64,000 nt of DNA from assembly GCA_036172245.1 (NCBI GenBank), contig JAYWIR010000003.1, forward strand, positions 7,006,001 through 7,070,000, given 5' to 3'. Of the stretch, positions 13,081-25,549 are shown one piece after another (position 1 is the first letter of the stretch; the number at the start of each line of letters is the position of its first letter). A program made the position numbers and the translations under genes. This DNA comes from Raillietiella orientalis (lineage: Eukaryota). The notes under the pieces are model-generated. The model made no database searches and had not been told where the DNA came from. It was given only the letters and a program-made list of their open reading frames with translations.

Positions 13081-14242
13081 ATCACGTGGAAATGACTGCC
13101 CTCGGGTCACCAAAACGCCCGACCCGTGGCTTGCCTGAACTCGCATCCCGGACTTTTCGGGAAGAAGGGAGGGAGGGACTGGTCTTTCCCAGGTGCTTCA
13201 CCCTCGTTGTCTCGTCGCCCTCCTCCCCTAATCCGGCTCCGCGAGGGTTTCGCGAGCTTTCGGTTTCTCTCTCTTCTCTCTCCTTCCCGGAACTGCCGGT
13301 CGCATCAAAGATCCCAGAAGCCGTCTTTTCTCCGATCTCCCGACGTCCTCCCCCTTTGCGTTGGCTCGGAAAACTGCGAAGAGGTGCCAGGGAACGGGCG
13401 TCGGAGAGTTTCGTCGACGGAACCCCTTCCCCCCTCCCCTGCCTCCCTGCAGCTGTGTGCTTTTTGCTCCCCTTTTTTAAATTTCTCTTCGTGTTCCGAG
13501 CGCTTCGTCCATCGAGTTCTCTTCTGCTCGATTTGGTGCGTGAAGGACTGCCGTTCGGATGGCTGCATCCCGTTTATGAACAAACCGGAACCCTCCGTGG
13601 GGTCCTTTGTGAAGTGGCATGGGGAAAGGGGATGGGGGTGAAACCCCTTCGCAGAGAGGCCAATGCACTCAATGAGTTTTTTAAAAAATAAGAACTTATA
13701 AAAGATAAAAACAATAAATAGAAGAAAAAGCTTTCTCCCTGCTGTTGCTAGGGAGAAGGGCGCGTCCAGCGCCGATAGCGACCGTTCCTGCTGGTGGGTG
13801 GGCGCGCGCCCATGCGGTTGGCATCCAGATTCGTTTCCCGGGGAAAGATCCGGGCGTGTTCAGGCGGAGATTTATCGTAGCTGCCTGGCGAGCAGATCCC
13901 TTTCTCGGGAAATCCAAAGCAGAAGAAGGAGAAGAGGACCGAAAGGGCTGCTCCGAAGATTTTGCAGAGGAAGCTAAGCCTGGATTGTCGTGGGAGGTCG
14001 GTGTGTCGAGTCAATGCAACTGCGAGCTGTATGCGAATCAGGAGACCCCCTCGAAGGTCATAGACTTCCGCCTCGAGAAGTTGCGCTCTGGAGAGACCCG
14101 GACGGATGTCCCGGGTGCTATCCGATGGCAGACAGCCGCTACCGGACTGGGAAGGTGGGAGAGAGGCAGCGAACGGAGACAGGGATGAGGATGGTGGTTT
14201 GGGTAATGGTGGTGGAGGAGAAGAGGAGGGTGGGTTGATTCC

Positions 14243-14292
14243 CTACTCCGGAAATTGCACCTCGGAGAGCACGTTCATATGGATCGCAATTA
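14243..14292 (+). repeat. 50-bp direct repeat, copy 2
   Basis: 44/50 identical to 13031-13080. Confidence 0.85.
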
Positions 14293-14329
14293 AGAGTAAT
14301 TAATTTTCTTAATAAAGATCCTGACCACT

Positions 14330-14760
14330 TCTGCCGCTCTCGCAGGACGCAGATGATCAATCAGCGAGGAGCAGGTACCGCGCTTCCTCTCAGGAGAGCT
14401 CCAGCTTTGATCAACAGCCTCCGGAATTTGCATTTGAGCATCCCAATAGCACGCACCTCCCTCAAACGCGTGGAAGTGTCCCTCGTTCTGGTTGCACGCC
14501 ACCAGCAAGACGGCGGTGTGCCTATGGTGCAGGGAAAGGATGGGCTCGCCGATCAGGGAGCCAGCGAAGGCCTGGGGCGCTTTTGGAACCACCTCGTTCG
14601 CACAGATGCCGCTTCTGCCCCAGAAATGAAAAGCGGGCTGCTCTCAGAAAGGCTAACATCGGAAGCCATGTGGCTGCTGAGGCCTCCGCGCGTGGAACCA
14701 CCAAGCGTTGCGGGTTTTGATGCTGGTTGGCCTCCATTCATTCAGGTGCGATACTGGTAG
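14330..14760 (-). pseudogene. ORF-X fragment
   Basis: NPQRLV at 14705-14716, as at 43897 and 52061, followed by RTRW. Confidence 0.4.
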
Positions 14761-14799
14761 CGGTTCAAACCGGATGCCTCCGATAAGTGGTCAGGATTA

Positions 14800-15440
14800 G
14801 GTCTCGATCTCCCGGGACCTTCCAGGAAACAGAATCAAGGAGTGGTAGTTTTCTCCGGTTGTGCGGAGAAGTGGACCCCCCTTCGAAGGGGGCCCTACGT
14901 CTCGTACTATGGAGCTAATAAACTGATGACACCTCTCCGTCGTGCAAAGAAGAACGACGCTCCCTTCTGAGAAATTTCGGAAACCTCCCTTTGGGGTTCT
15001 CTTCAGAGGCGGAGGAAATCGGGAGCGGTTCCCTTGCGAGTTCCCTTCGGAGAAGAAAAAAATGGAGTGGACCCCTCCAGGGATCCCTACGGAGAGAATA
15101 AGGAAGTAGAATCCCTTCGGGATTCCCTTCGAAGACAACCAGGGTGATCCCCTTCAGGGATCCCTGCCTAGGCTGGAGAGGAACGAACTCCCCTTCTCCG
15201 CAGTCCCCCTTGGATTCATAGTGCGGTCCTTCCAGGGATACCCCCTATCTCGAAGAATCACGCGTAACCTCGGGTGGCATAGGACAGTGTCAAAGAGCTG
15301 CATGAGCCGTCTCCATGGGCGCGATAGTTCCTGAGGTACTCAGAGAACCCCCAAAAGAGTCTGGAAGCGAAGGAGTGAAGACAGAAAAGAAACCCAGAGA
15401 GTTCCCATCGTCTTCGAAGCCTCTTCGAAGGATTTTTTTT
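14800..15440 (-). repeat. Rep-H, near full-length copy
   Basis: Reverse complement is collinear with 8505-8960 and 49375-49880; contains perfect hairpin gaatccc-ttc-gggattc near 15110. Confidence 0.85.
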
Positions 15441-17699
15441 CCTGCCGACCACATTCGTACGGGAACCTTCTCGATCTTTGCTTGGTGCGGAGGATGCTGC
15501 GGAATTCGCGCGGAGGCATCCTCTTGGGGCGGCATCGGAGGCAGCGCGTGCTTCAGCTCCAAGTGCTCGAGCGACGGGCAGTCGAACGGGGGATGACCTC
15601 AGACCCAGACACGCACGGTGGCAGCATCCTCAAGGGGTGAAATCACATACAATTCACGCTTGAGGACCTTCCGTCCTCCCCGCACCGCAGCTCGTCGCAA
15701 ACCGTTCCTCCGGGAAGACTCGCCTGAGCACGTGTGACGTTTCGCGCGCACCAAGGGGGTGCCGCCGGCGGGTTCTTCCGAGGACGAGCGCCGCCGACAC
15801 GAATGCTAAGAGAGTCCTGTGTTCTACGGTCTCCACAAGCTCCGTCTCTCCCGGGTCTCCGCCTTTCCTCCCGGGTTCTCTCCTTTGCAGAATGCGGCGC
15901 CAAACGGACCAAGGAAGCCAGAGGAACGGAGATGCCTAGTTATCGTTTGCAAGGATCTGCAAGGACACTCGAGATCCTCGCCCCTCTGACGATGTTCTCT
16001 CCGGAAGGATGCTTTTCCATCTCAAGGGCGACGACGGCAAATGCAATCTGCGCTTCTTACGTGTGACGGGGATCTCTGTCGGCGCCTTGGAGGATGCAGC
16101 TGCCTGCGTGCTCGGACCCATGAAGTGGAATAAATGAAGAATGCATCTACAGTGTGTCTTCCTTTTAAAGGACGTTCTGAGAGGGAACTCAGAAAGCACT
16201 TTCGGGCTCGGTGATTCCGTCCTTCAACCTGACCGGTGGGGAGCGAAATCCTCTTGGGTGTTTCCTCTCGGTTCTGCCTGAAGATCTATGTCTTGTCTTG
16301 CTCCGTGGGTTCGGCTTAAATACCACTCTGGATCAGCGGGCGGCCGACGTCTGGGAACGCAGGAAGGACCGCCGCCGACTGGTTCACAAGAGACAGGCGC
16401 GTGGGGTGCTCCGCTCGCATCGCGGGCGCAGCGTTGGAGCCACTAGCCCGCATAGTCTGACCTGGCCAAGTTCCACGATGCCAAGAGAGCGCGCCCGCCA
16501 AAGTTCTTGGGGCTGTCTGGGGTTCGCTAACATGGCAACCGAGCAGTTGAATGGCATCCTCGGGCGAAGACTTTCCTGTGTTCGTGGAAGATGCGGGACA
16601 TGCGGGGAAGCGGAGCGATGAGGTACCTGCGCATGCTGGAGGCTGCTGGAACGAAACAAAGCGGCGGCAGTCTCTCCGCTCAAGACTGAAGGGTCGGCTG
16701 CTTGGTTTTCTGGATAAATGAGCCAACAGGCAAGCAGGTGCACTCCTGGCTCCAAGCGCGTCTCTCGGCACCGCGTGCCCCTACGCCACGTTCGACGCCT
16801 CCGACTTCGGTCGCCACCTCCGCCGCCGCACCGGTCTGCTCCAGTTGGATCCGGAAGAGTCGGAAACGTTCTCCTCCTCCTCCTCTTCCTTTCTGTATTC
16901 GGAAGAGGGCAGAAGAGCTCGCAGCAGGACGAGGAGAGGATCCTCGACCCCTCCTGCTCTGGCGTCGCCCCAAGGAGACGCCTGGAGAAAGGTAGCTCAA
17001 GACACGGTGTGGCCGCGACCTGGGATCGGAATTTCCTGCAGATTTGGCTGCCCGAGAGAGGAACAAGGGCCTCAGGGTTCCTACGCGCCACAAATACCGA
17101 GAGCCCCGAGTTCTCCGGCCGTTACGCAGCTCCGTCTCCCGGGTCATGCCTTTCCTCCCTGGCTCTCTCCTTCCCGGAACGCCACTCGGAACGGTCCAAG
17201 AAAGCAAGAGAATCGGGATGCCGGGTAAGAGAGGTGCCCAGAATCCTTCCTCGCGCGCCATCGGGAAGAGAGTTTCCTGGCACGGGGAGCTGACGGGGAA
17301 GAAGCGCTGTCTGGAGATTGGCCGACGGGTGAGCACGTCTACGCAGACGCAGCAAAGAGAATGCACGTAGCATGCGGGAATTCGGCAGTTCCCGGCTGTT
17401 GTCGGTGGCGTCTAAAGGACGCTCCCGTCGGAAGACACCCTGTACCCCTCCTAGGGGGCTGCCCCGACACGAGGGAGAGGGAGAACAAATATCCCGCTCC
17501 CTTCACCCTCGCCTGCCTGGTCTCGTCCGTTCAATCAGCTTGCCCCATCAAGGACTTTCGTCCTCACCGATCTGGTTCTTGCGACGACTGCTTGCTCTGA
17601 CTTGCATCATCCCCAAGACCAACCCCAACCCAAGCCCTGAGCGTCACCACAGCGATATCCCCTGAAACCATGCGTGTCCCTGAGGATCGCCTTCGACAT

Positions 17700-18560
17700 C
17701 AGAGCCCCTGCATAGGGAAAGTAGAAACGATTCTGCACGTCATTTTCAAGATGAAAGAAGAGCTGCAGCTGTGCGGAGGAAAGTGAGGGATCATGGGGTT
17801 CCTGTGCGACCACCCCCATTTCCTGGTGGAGCTCCAGAAGGGAGTTCGCGGTTCAGCGACTCCTGTGCAATCTCGACGTCCTGTCCAGAGGGTCGCGCAT
17901 CTTTCCCCTTTTTTCCTTCCCCCCCTTAGTAAAGGGACGCACTACAATGACCCCCTGCATGTGCATCAACATTCTCGATGAAGGATGCCCCCTGTAGCAA
18001 GGGGTCGCAGGAGCAGAGACCGGAAAATCTCGCCGGAGCCGTGCCCGCTGCTGCCCCGATCTCCCAGCTTCGTCGAACGGCGGTCCTCCTTGATAGGTCG
18101 CCGACTGGGGTGGGTGCCGGCCCACGCTCTGGGAACGCGCGACGGGAGTCCTGTGGGGCCAATGGGAGCATCCCACTCTTCCGTTCGCCCGCGACACTGC
18201 TATGGTGCGACCGCCGTTTTTGACGTTCCGTCGGGATAAGGGGAGACGGGCAGAAGTTTTCGAGAATAGTAATCGCCGAAGTCAGTGGAGGTAGCCAAGG
18301 CCCCCAGAAGGCCTTGCATATTCCGAAGCTCCTCTCTGGCCGCTGGCCGGTAGACGTTGACGGGGAAGGGACGAAAGAAACCACTCCAGAGATTTCCAAG
18401 AGGTCGGAGAGGTGTCTCCGCGTCTCCCTGGCAACGCTTGCTGGCGGACTCCGGAGGGCAGCAGCAAAAAGACGACAACTCGACTACGTGGATGCAGGAG
18501 AACTACGCAGTCTGAGGATCCTCAGGCACCACTGCCGGAGCGAGGATGGGTGAGGAAGGG
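17700..18560 (-). mobile_element. L1/Tx1-like ORF2 N-terminus (APE endonuclease plus linker), degenerate
   Basis: PVNVYRPAAREEL...DFGDY resembles the APE NVYAP...GDFN motifs; downstream FFHLEN resembles the L1/Tx1 linker FFxLE. Confidence 0.45.
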
Positions 18561-19249
18561 GAAGGCTAGCTGCACCAGGCGAGGTGCTCTTCTTGGCTGC
18601 GCGGCTCGATCCCTCCTTCCTGCTTCTTTTTTTTTCTTCTTTTCGCTCTTCGTAGCTCCAGACGGGACGCCTATCCGCTTTGGGCATCTCAAAGCTCCTC
18701 AGGTCCCGCTTGCGCACCCCTCACTTGCGCGTAGGGGTTGCGGTTTGCCGCGCGCTCGCTTGCTCGGCGGAGAGGGTGGGCGGTGCGCAGGCGCATTTCC
18801 TCATCCCGGAGACGTCGCCCCTCTGATCAGTCCGCAGCCGAGAACCACTTTCCAAGGAGGAACGCGTGACCACCCCACCGGGAGGTCCTCACAGAAGTCC
18901 CTCGGGAGTACCGGAACGCGTCTCCGCAGCAACGGCTCGGAGATGGTGCTTCAGTGGCAGGAAGCGTAGGGCGGATCTGCCCGTTCCTGGCGGGTTTCAA
19001 GGAACCTTCCCGAAGCGGTGGATCCTCTCTCCCGTTCATGCAATATTCGATCCTGTCTCCTCGGCTCCCGCAGGAACGAGGGGGGCCGAGGAGAATAAAA
19101 TCCTGCGGAACAAGGAACGGAGGGAAGCGGGCGGGAGTAGGGCTGAGCGTAGGGACGCACGGGTTCGCTCTGGCGCTCGTCTCGAAGCATCACTCACCAA
19201 GGAGATCCGCCCAGATGTAGAGGGAGCCCTCCTCTCCACCCACACCGCA

Positions 19250-21200
19250 GCTGACCACCTGACCTCGCGCCGCGACCGCACCGCCAACACGCGGGACTTG
19301 CCACCCAGTTGCGCCTGGGCGTGTGTCCCTCTGCCACGTCACGGAAGGAACCTGCCGAGAACTGGCACCCTGGCCGGCGAGTTGCGCCTCGGCGGCAGAG
19401 GGGGTAGGGACAAACAAAAAGAAAGACAAAATGAAAATATGAAGCACTTTGGGGGATCGGAAAGGGATCATCGGGTGCCGGAGGGGGTCCTCTGCATCCG
19501 TGCCAGGATGCCGGCAAGTTCCCGTCTAAGGATACCCAGATGGGGCCATCTTGACGCTATCCTCATAAAGAGGACAGAACAATAGATAATGTCCCCGTCG
19601 TTACGGCCTTCCCTGGCGTTGTTCCATGCAGTCACGGTCCTGCCGCGTAGGCAGCAAAGTGCTGCTAGGGATGCGGCCGGCATGAGTGCTTTGCGCAGGA
19701 AGAGGAGCTTCCAAATGTCTCTGGGATTGGCTTCGGGGATCCTCAGGGACGCTGCAAAGCGTTCCCACATGGGACGGAGAGCCACATAATCTACGGGCAG
19801 GTGTGGGTGGAACTCTCTCGCCGCACTTGCCGCAGTTTGGGCTTACACTCCCGGGTCCAATGGTATCCGCGGTAGTTGCACGAGAGGTCCCAATGCAACA
19901 GCAGGGTCGCCGACTCCTGTTACTTTAGAAGGAGGGTTGTATTGCCCCAACACGCTAGAGGCCCATGTACCTCCTCTGGAGGGATTTGTAGCAGCTCTTT
20001 CCAGCGTAGCAGTCCTTTAGGCGGGACACTCGGGGTCACGGCGTCCGCGAGTTGTCCATGCACCCAGATGATTTTTATGCTCCCTATCACGCAGGTCACT
20101 CCCCACCTCCCTGGATGTTGGCTGTCCATTGCTCCCCTTAAGTAGTTAGCGAAGGGGCGAAGAGGGTTGAACGAAGCCCACAGCAGATTCCTGGTGTTCC
20201 CCAGGATCTCCCTCAGCGGCTGGCGAGCGTATTTGCTGTTCCGGAGGCAGATGAACTCTCCGTGTCGTTGATTTTTCCCCAAGCGAAAACTGACTCCTGT
20301 AGCCAGGCAGTCTAGTTCTCGGGGGGAACAGAGATCCAGGGGTTCTTCTGTTTCGGGACTGGGGGCCGAGGTGTCCCAGACTCCCTTCGGTGGCCACGAC
20401 TACCGAGGTGAGTCCTTCGCATCCGGTTGCCTGTTTGGCGAGAATTCTTGCCGGAGCGCACCAAGGTGTCGTCCAGTGCTTGGACGCGAGGGCGAATGTG
20501 CGGAATTGGAGCTGTCGCTCCATTCGCTCCAGAGTAAGGAGTCCCAGTCCACCATCCCTACGCGGAGCACAGAGGTCTTTTAAACGGACTCTGGACTTCC
20601 CTTTGCACCACAGAAACTTTCTGAGGAGAACCTCGGTCTTTTTTCGAATTGCTGAAAAGATGGAAAACGGATGGGTCAAGCAAAAAGCATGGGGGGGAAG
20701 AGGGGAGCCGCGAACGCGTTCCACACCGCGGCCCGTTCCGGCAAGGTGAGCTTGCCGTCGCGGAACGGACCGAGCGCTATCTCCACTTTTCGGAGGCAGT
20801 CATACCAGACTTCTGCTATGCAGAAATCTCCCAAAGGCATGCCAAAATACCTGAGGCACTCGTCTGTGGGGATCCCCAAGAGGATCCAGTCCAGACGTCC
20901 GGCCCACGCAGCACCGACCGGTACCAGCGATGACTTCGCCTTGTTCACCTCCAGGCCCGTCCCGCGACTGAGCAACTCGAAGAATGTTCGAGTGCAGAAG
21001 CCGGGATGGACATGGGGAGCAGCAGCAGAAAATCTTCTGCATAAGTCGACGCGGCAGGCGTGTCCGGATACGAGCTCGGCAGGGTTGCCAGAGCCTCCCT
21101 GTATGCTCTCAGCACCAGCTCGAAGTAGATACTGAAGAGCAGGGGCTCAGGCTGTCACCCTTCCTTATGCCGTGACGAACGGGCACGCCAGCACGCGTGA
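19250..21200 (-). mobile_element. 5'-truncated L1/Tx1-clade LINE (RT C-half, C-terminal domain, 3'UTR), frameshifted
   Basis: GIRKGDSLSP (GVRQGDPLSP), GLEVNKAKS, LRYFGMPL, LRKFLW..SRVRLKDLCAPRRDGGLGL, CGKCG; YADD is mutated; stop at 19468, then a pyrimidine-rich UTR. Confidence 0.88.
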
Positions 21201-23345
21201 TGGGGAACGCGCTTGCCCTCGGCGCCACCTCCCGTCGGTCCCAGTTGCGCGCATTTCTGGTGGAAACTCCCCACTTCCTGCACGCCGCCCGCCAATGAGT
21301 GCTGCCCCAGGGACCCGCACGTGCCACCTGAGCCCTACGGACGGATCCATCCTGGCCGGAGACGCGGTCCGCGCCGTAGCAATCGCCGACCCGGACCCGC
21401 CGCCGCGGGGTTGACCTGCCTCGGATGCGGCCTTGAGCATCGGCCTCCCCGCACTCGACGATCTCCGGAGGGATTCAGGGGCTCCAGAAGTGGCTCCATG
21501 ACCGCGATCGGGTTGTGCCGCACGCGACTCCTGACGCCGTCTCCGGGAGACGATGGCGCCTCTCCGGGACGCCCCCGTGTACGGCGAGTGAGGTGTCCCC
21601 CATCCCTTTCCCACCCTGACGGTTGCTGCGCGAGAGGGCGGCGCGAGACTCCACGTGCCAGAAAAGGAAGGATTTGCCGTCCTTGCTCGCCGGCCGGGTG
21701 GCGCTGCACCACCGCCTCTGCCTCGCCCAGCATCCGGACCCAGGCGTGGCGTGCGTGTGCTGCGGAATTGCCCGCCCCCGAAGCTTGAGCGCGCGTGAGC
21801 TGGCGACTTCGCCGATGGAGCGCTCTCTCGAGCTTCCTGTGCTGGCGCCTCTCCAGGGGGATGAATTCGGGAGGAGGGCGCCGCGGAGATCTTCCGGACA
21901 CGACCGACGGTCGGCTTCGCCAACGGGAGGGCGTTACCGGCCGCCTGCTTTCGCGCGTGCGCGGACGTGAGGAGCTCCCGGTCTGCTCTACCAGCCGACT
22001 GCATTCCACTACGCGAGGGGGGAAAATTGGGGAGTTGGAGACGGAGGCTGAGAGGGTCGGAAGGCTCACTCCAAAATCTGCGGACTGCGCTCAGATTCGT
22101 CCCAGGAGACGAGGTAGGTGGCTCTAGTGGGGTTTCGGTGGGACAGAGAGAACAGGGGCGGCGGGTGTGAGCATTCCAACGGGCATTTAACAACAGGAAG
22201 GCGTGGAGGAGGAAGTGTTGCTGGAGGTGGGGTAGAAAGGAGAGGGGGTCGAAGAGGGAGAACAGATGATGAAAAAGGGCAGCAGCGCCACTGGAACTGC
22301 TGCCGCCGATGACGGGGTGGAGGGTGGGCAGCCGTTCACGCGCCACCATAGAGTGGCTGGAGCAAGGGGCGGGGTGATGGCTCGACTCACGGTCTGCCGC
22401 GCCTTTCCCAGAGAGATGGGTCGTGTCCTCCTCCCCGAGCCATCCAACCTCCGAGGAGGCTTCTCTTGAAGGTATCAGGACGGACGGCCCTCGCCTCCAC
22501 GCCCGGAGAGTCAGACCGAAGAGAGAAGACCGGAAGCTATTTCGTCCCGAGGCTTCCTGTTCACCAAAAGCAAGAACGAAACTCTCGGGAAGCACTCGGA
22601 AACCGCAGAGCACCCACGTGGTGGGTCCTTGCGCGCGCGTTGCTCTGCATCTGTCTGCAGGAGCGGATCTCGAGGGAGGGGACAGAGGCATCCCACTTCC
22701 AGGAAGAGGAAGGGATGCAGTTCAGGGTAAAAGGAACGCCTTGCCTCTCCTTCTGCCACTCGGAGTGCGCGTGGCACCCGCCTGAGGCAGCGGCTCCGCG
22801 GTGGATGGCGCGTTACTTGGAAGGAACCCAGTTTTTCCACCCTGTTTCCTTCCGGGACTCTGGCACCGACCTGGAACGGAAGCGTGCGCACTGCGTTGAG
22901 GGCAGGGCGCGAAGCCTCCTCTGATGGGGAGGAGACATGGATCCAAATGCACGGCGTTTCCCAGGGACGGCCTCCTCAGTCCCGGCAGAGAGAAGGGAAG
23001 GTGGGGGGAGAAGGACGGATCGTATCCTTTTTCTCCCTAGTGGAGCGCATTCTTCCCCTTCCTCGGAGCAAGGGGGGATGCTCTGCCTCCCAGCCACAAT
23101 GAAGGTGGGGATGCGAGGCTTCCGACGGGCTCCGAGGCGACGTCATGCGGTCGGTCTGGTGGGCTGCCGCCAGTGCTCTGTGGGAGCCGACGGCATTTTC
23201 CTTCTGGTGTCGCATGAGACCTTCAGGAGAGCTCCTGGGAGAGGGGGTAGGGGATGGCCGGGACGCCATTCTTCGGCATCCTTTCTCCTTCCTCCCTCCT
23301 CCCTTCCTACCTGGCAGTCGTCTCATCTCTCTCCCCACTTTTCAG

Positions 23346-23531
23346 AGGTCCGCTGCCGGACGCCCGCACCCCCGAAGCACGGCAGTGTCTTCGCGGAGGA
23401 GCGCGAAGACGGCGGAGGTCACCGGGTCAGCGAGTCGGTGCTCTTCCAGTGCAGCGAGGGACGCGCCCTGCGCGGTTCGCCCATGTCCGTGTGCCAGCGG
23501 AACGGCGATTGGTCGCCGCCTGCACCGACTT
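23346..23531 (+). CDS. Sushi/CCP domain exon (penultimate exon) of a Hasp/LEV-9-like multi-CCP protein
   Basis: Polypyrimidine tract plus ttcag acceptor, gtgagt donor, phase 1-1, 186 bp; VRCRTPAPPKHG..VLFQCSEGRALRGSPMSVCQRNGDWSPPAPT(C) is a canonical CCP. Confidence 0.9.
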
Positions 23532-23637
23532 GTGAGTCCTTTCGCCCGCCCGCGCCACTCTTCCTCTCTGGGGAAGCCGGAAATCTCCCTCCGGTTTCCA
23601 CTCTTGACTCGGTTTCTCAACTCTCCTCCCTTTCCAG

Positions 23638-23843
23638 GTGCCTCGGTTTGCAGGTTCCCGGGAGGTCCCAGAGGAGGTTACCTGATCCCCAACAAGTTCT
23701 CCTATGATCCCGGGGACACTGTTCAGGTAGTCTGCCCCGAGGGTGGCTACCGCGACGGTGAAGGAGGCGCGTCTCTCCGGATCCGGTGCCTAGGAGACGG
23801 AAAGTGGTCCGGACGAATGCTGGACTGCGAAGGAGAAAAATGA
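23638..23843 (+). CDS. Terminal Sushi/CCP exon of the same gene
   Basis: 106-bp GT-AG intron (23532-23637); the splice recreates TGT (Cys); CRFPGGPRGGYLIPNKFSYDPGDTVQVVC..IRCLGDGKWSGRMLDC then TGA. Confidence 0.9.
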
Positions 23844-23896
23844 GGGCACCCACTTGTACCGTCCCACCCCCTTGGTTTCCAGAGAGCCGGCTGGTC

Positions 23897-23902
23897 AATA
23901 AA
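23897..23902 (+). promoter_or_regulatory. Candidate polyadenylation signal AATAAA
   Basis: 53 bp after the CCP gene stop codon. Confidence 0.55.
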
Positions 23903-25549
23903 AAGGAGAGATTCTTCCCTTGGGAATCGTTCCTCTGGACCTATGCTGGAAGTCGGCTGGGAAGAGTACTGGAAACGTCGCCGGAGGAAGTGGGGTCGGT
24001 GCACCTTACTGCTGCTGCTCCTGGATGTTCTCAGGTTCGCTCCCCTCAGAATGAGGTGGGGCAAAGTCAGTAGGACAGGGAGAACGGGAGTTGTAGGGAT
24101 CATCCCAACGGGCATCTGTCGACAAGAATACGCGGAGGAGGAGGAAGTGTCACCGGAGGAAGGGGTAGGAAAAGGAGGGGAGGGAGGGAGACTAGGCGGT
24201 GGACGAGGAGGAAGAGCACTACCGGAACTGCTGTTGCTGCCGATAAGGAAGCGAGAAGGATCCGCTCTCCAGGACCGCACGTGTCCCGTGGACGGGAGCT
24301 CCTGGAGTGCTCCTCTTTACGCGTTCCGGTTCTCAAGCGAAAGGAGCGGCTCTTCGGCGCGCCTGACCGCGGTGGCGGCTGAGGGATCTTCGGAAGTGGG
24401 TCTTCACCAGGGGCGGGGGAGGTTCTCCAGCCCCCTCTCCTGTGCTCGTGTTCCTATGCGCGCGCAGACCCGGAAGTCTTCACTCGCGGGTTTAGTCCCC
24501 CTCCGCGTTCCCCTTTGGCCGACGCCAGTGCGAGACCTTGGCCGGATGCGGCTCTTGCCGCATAGCATTCTCCTCCGCTCCCTCCTGAGCGTTTCTGCCT
24601 TGCCTGCCGTTCTCTTGGGCCTCCCTGAGACCCACTCTCGGATTCCTGGACGCCTCGGAGGCGTCCAGGAATCCGAGAGTGGGGCGACGAAGGATACTAA
24701 TCTCACCGTCTCTCTTCGCCGCACTGATGGGTCATCTGCTTTGGGAACTCCTCTGGCGGATCCGTCGATGCTTGCCAGCAGAGTGCAGCACCTCGTCCGC
24801 CGAGATGAACGGGATGCCGTCATGCCGAAGAGAAGCCACTGCAGACCCGAGATGCCTCGGGTGCGGGAGGGTGACTCGCAACGGCTTCGGGAAGAAGGCC
24901 CGTGGTACTCCCTGACGCTGAGTCTGCGGAACACTTCCTCTTCTGCATTAGGTCCGTGGCCATCATCACTATGTCCATCGTAGACATCACTTCTTGCTGA
25001 TGTTTCTCTCTCTTCGGCAGTCCTCTCACTTCCATTCGAAACAGATCCCAACGAACCCCATCCACGTCAGGTGAGGTTCCCGGGAGAGAAAGTAATCAAA
25101 CCTCCAGGGAGATTCTTACAGCTGTGACACCAGGCTCTTTGATGACGCCTACCATCCGAGGATTTGTCCTATCCTCCTGAGTGGGGCTTCCTTCTGCGCA
25201 CCATGAAGGATGCAAGGTGGACCATCCTCAAATGGCTGCCCTCTGGTTTCCTTGCCGTGGGCCGAGATGCCTGCCGCGGTGCCTTCTAAGCGACCTCCGA
25301 CGCCCGAGGCATCGTGCTCGAAGAAGCCAGCTCCTTCCATCATTCGAGAAGGAGAGGAGGGGTAACTCCTCGGTAAGGGGGGGACAGCCATCTTCCAGTC
25401 ATATCCGCCTAAGAGCGCTCCAGGGACTGGAGTGTCTAAAGCAGCAATGGTGCCAAAAGGAAAGGAGAGCCAGACAGCGTCCGAGAGTTACGGGAGGATG
25501 CGAGGTGCGAGAGTGGGATCCCTCCGGAGAAGAAATGAGCAGATCCTTT

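Noticed and set aside
21165..22691. 508-aa minus-strand ORF, the longest in the track
   Set aside because: Low-complexity Arg/Pro/Ser/Ala composition typical of GC-rich non-coding frames; no domain recognised
22661..22900. Candidate upstream exon of the CCP gene (ctgcag...gtaaaa)
   Set aside because: Phase does not fit the phase-1 acceptor at 23346, and there is no CCP cysteine pattern
23943..24983. 346-aa plus-strand ORF
   Set aside because: No recognisable domain; GC-driven open frame
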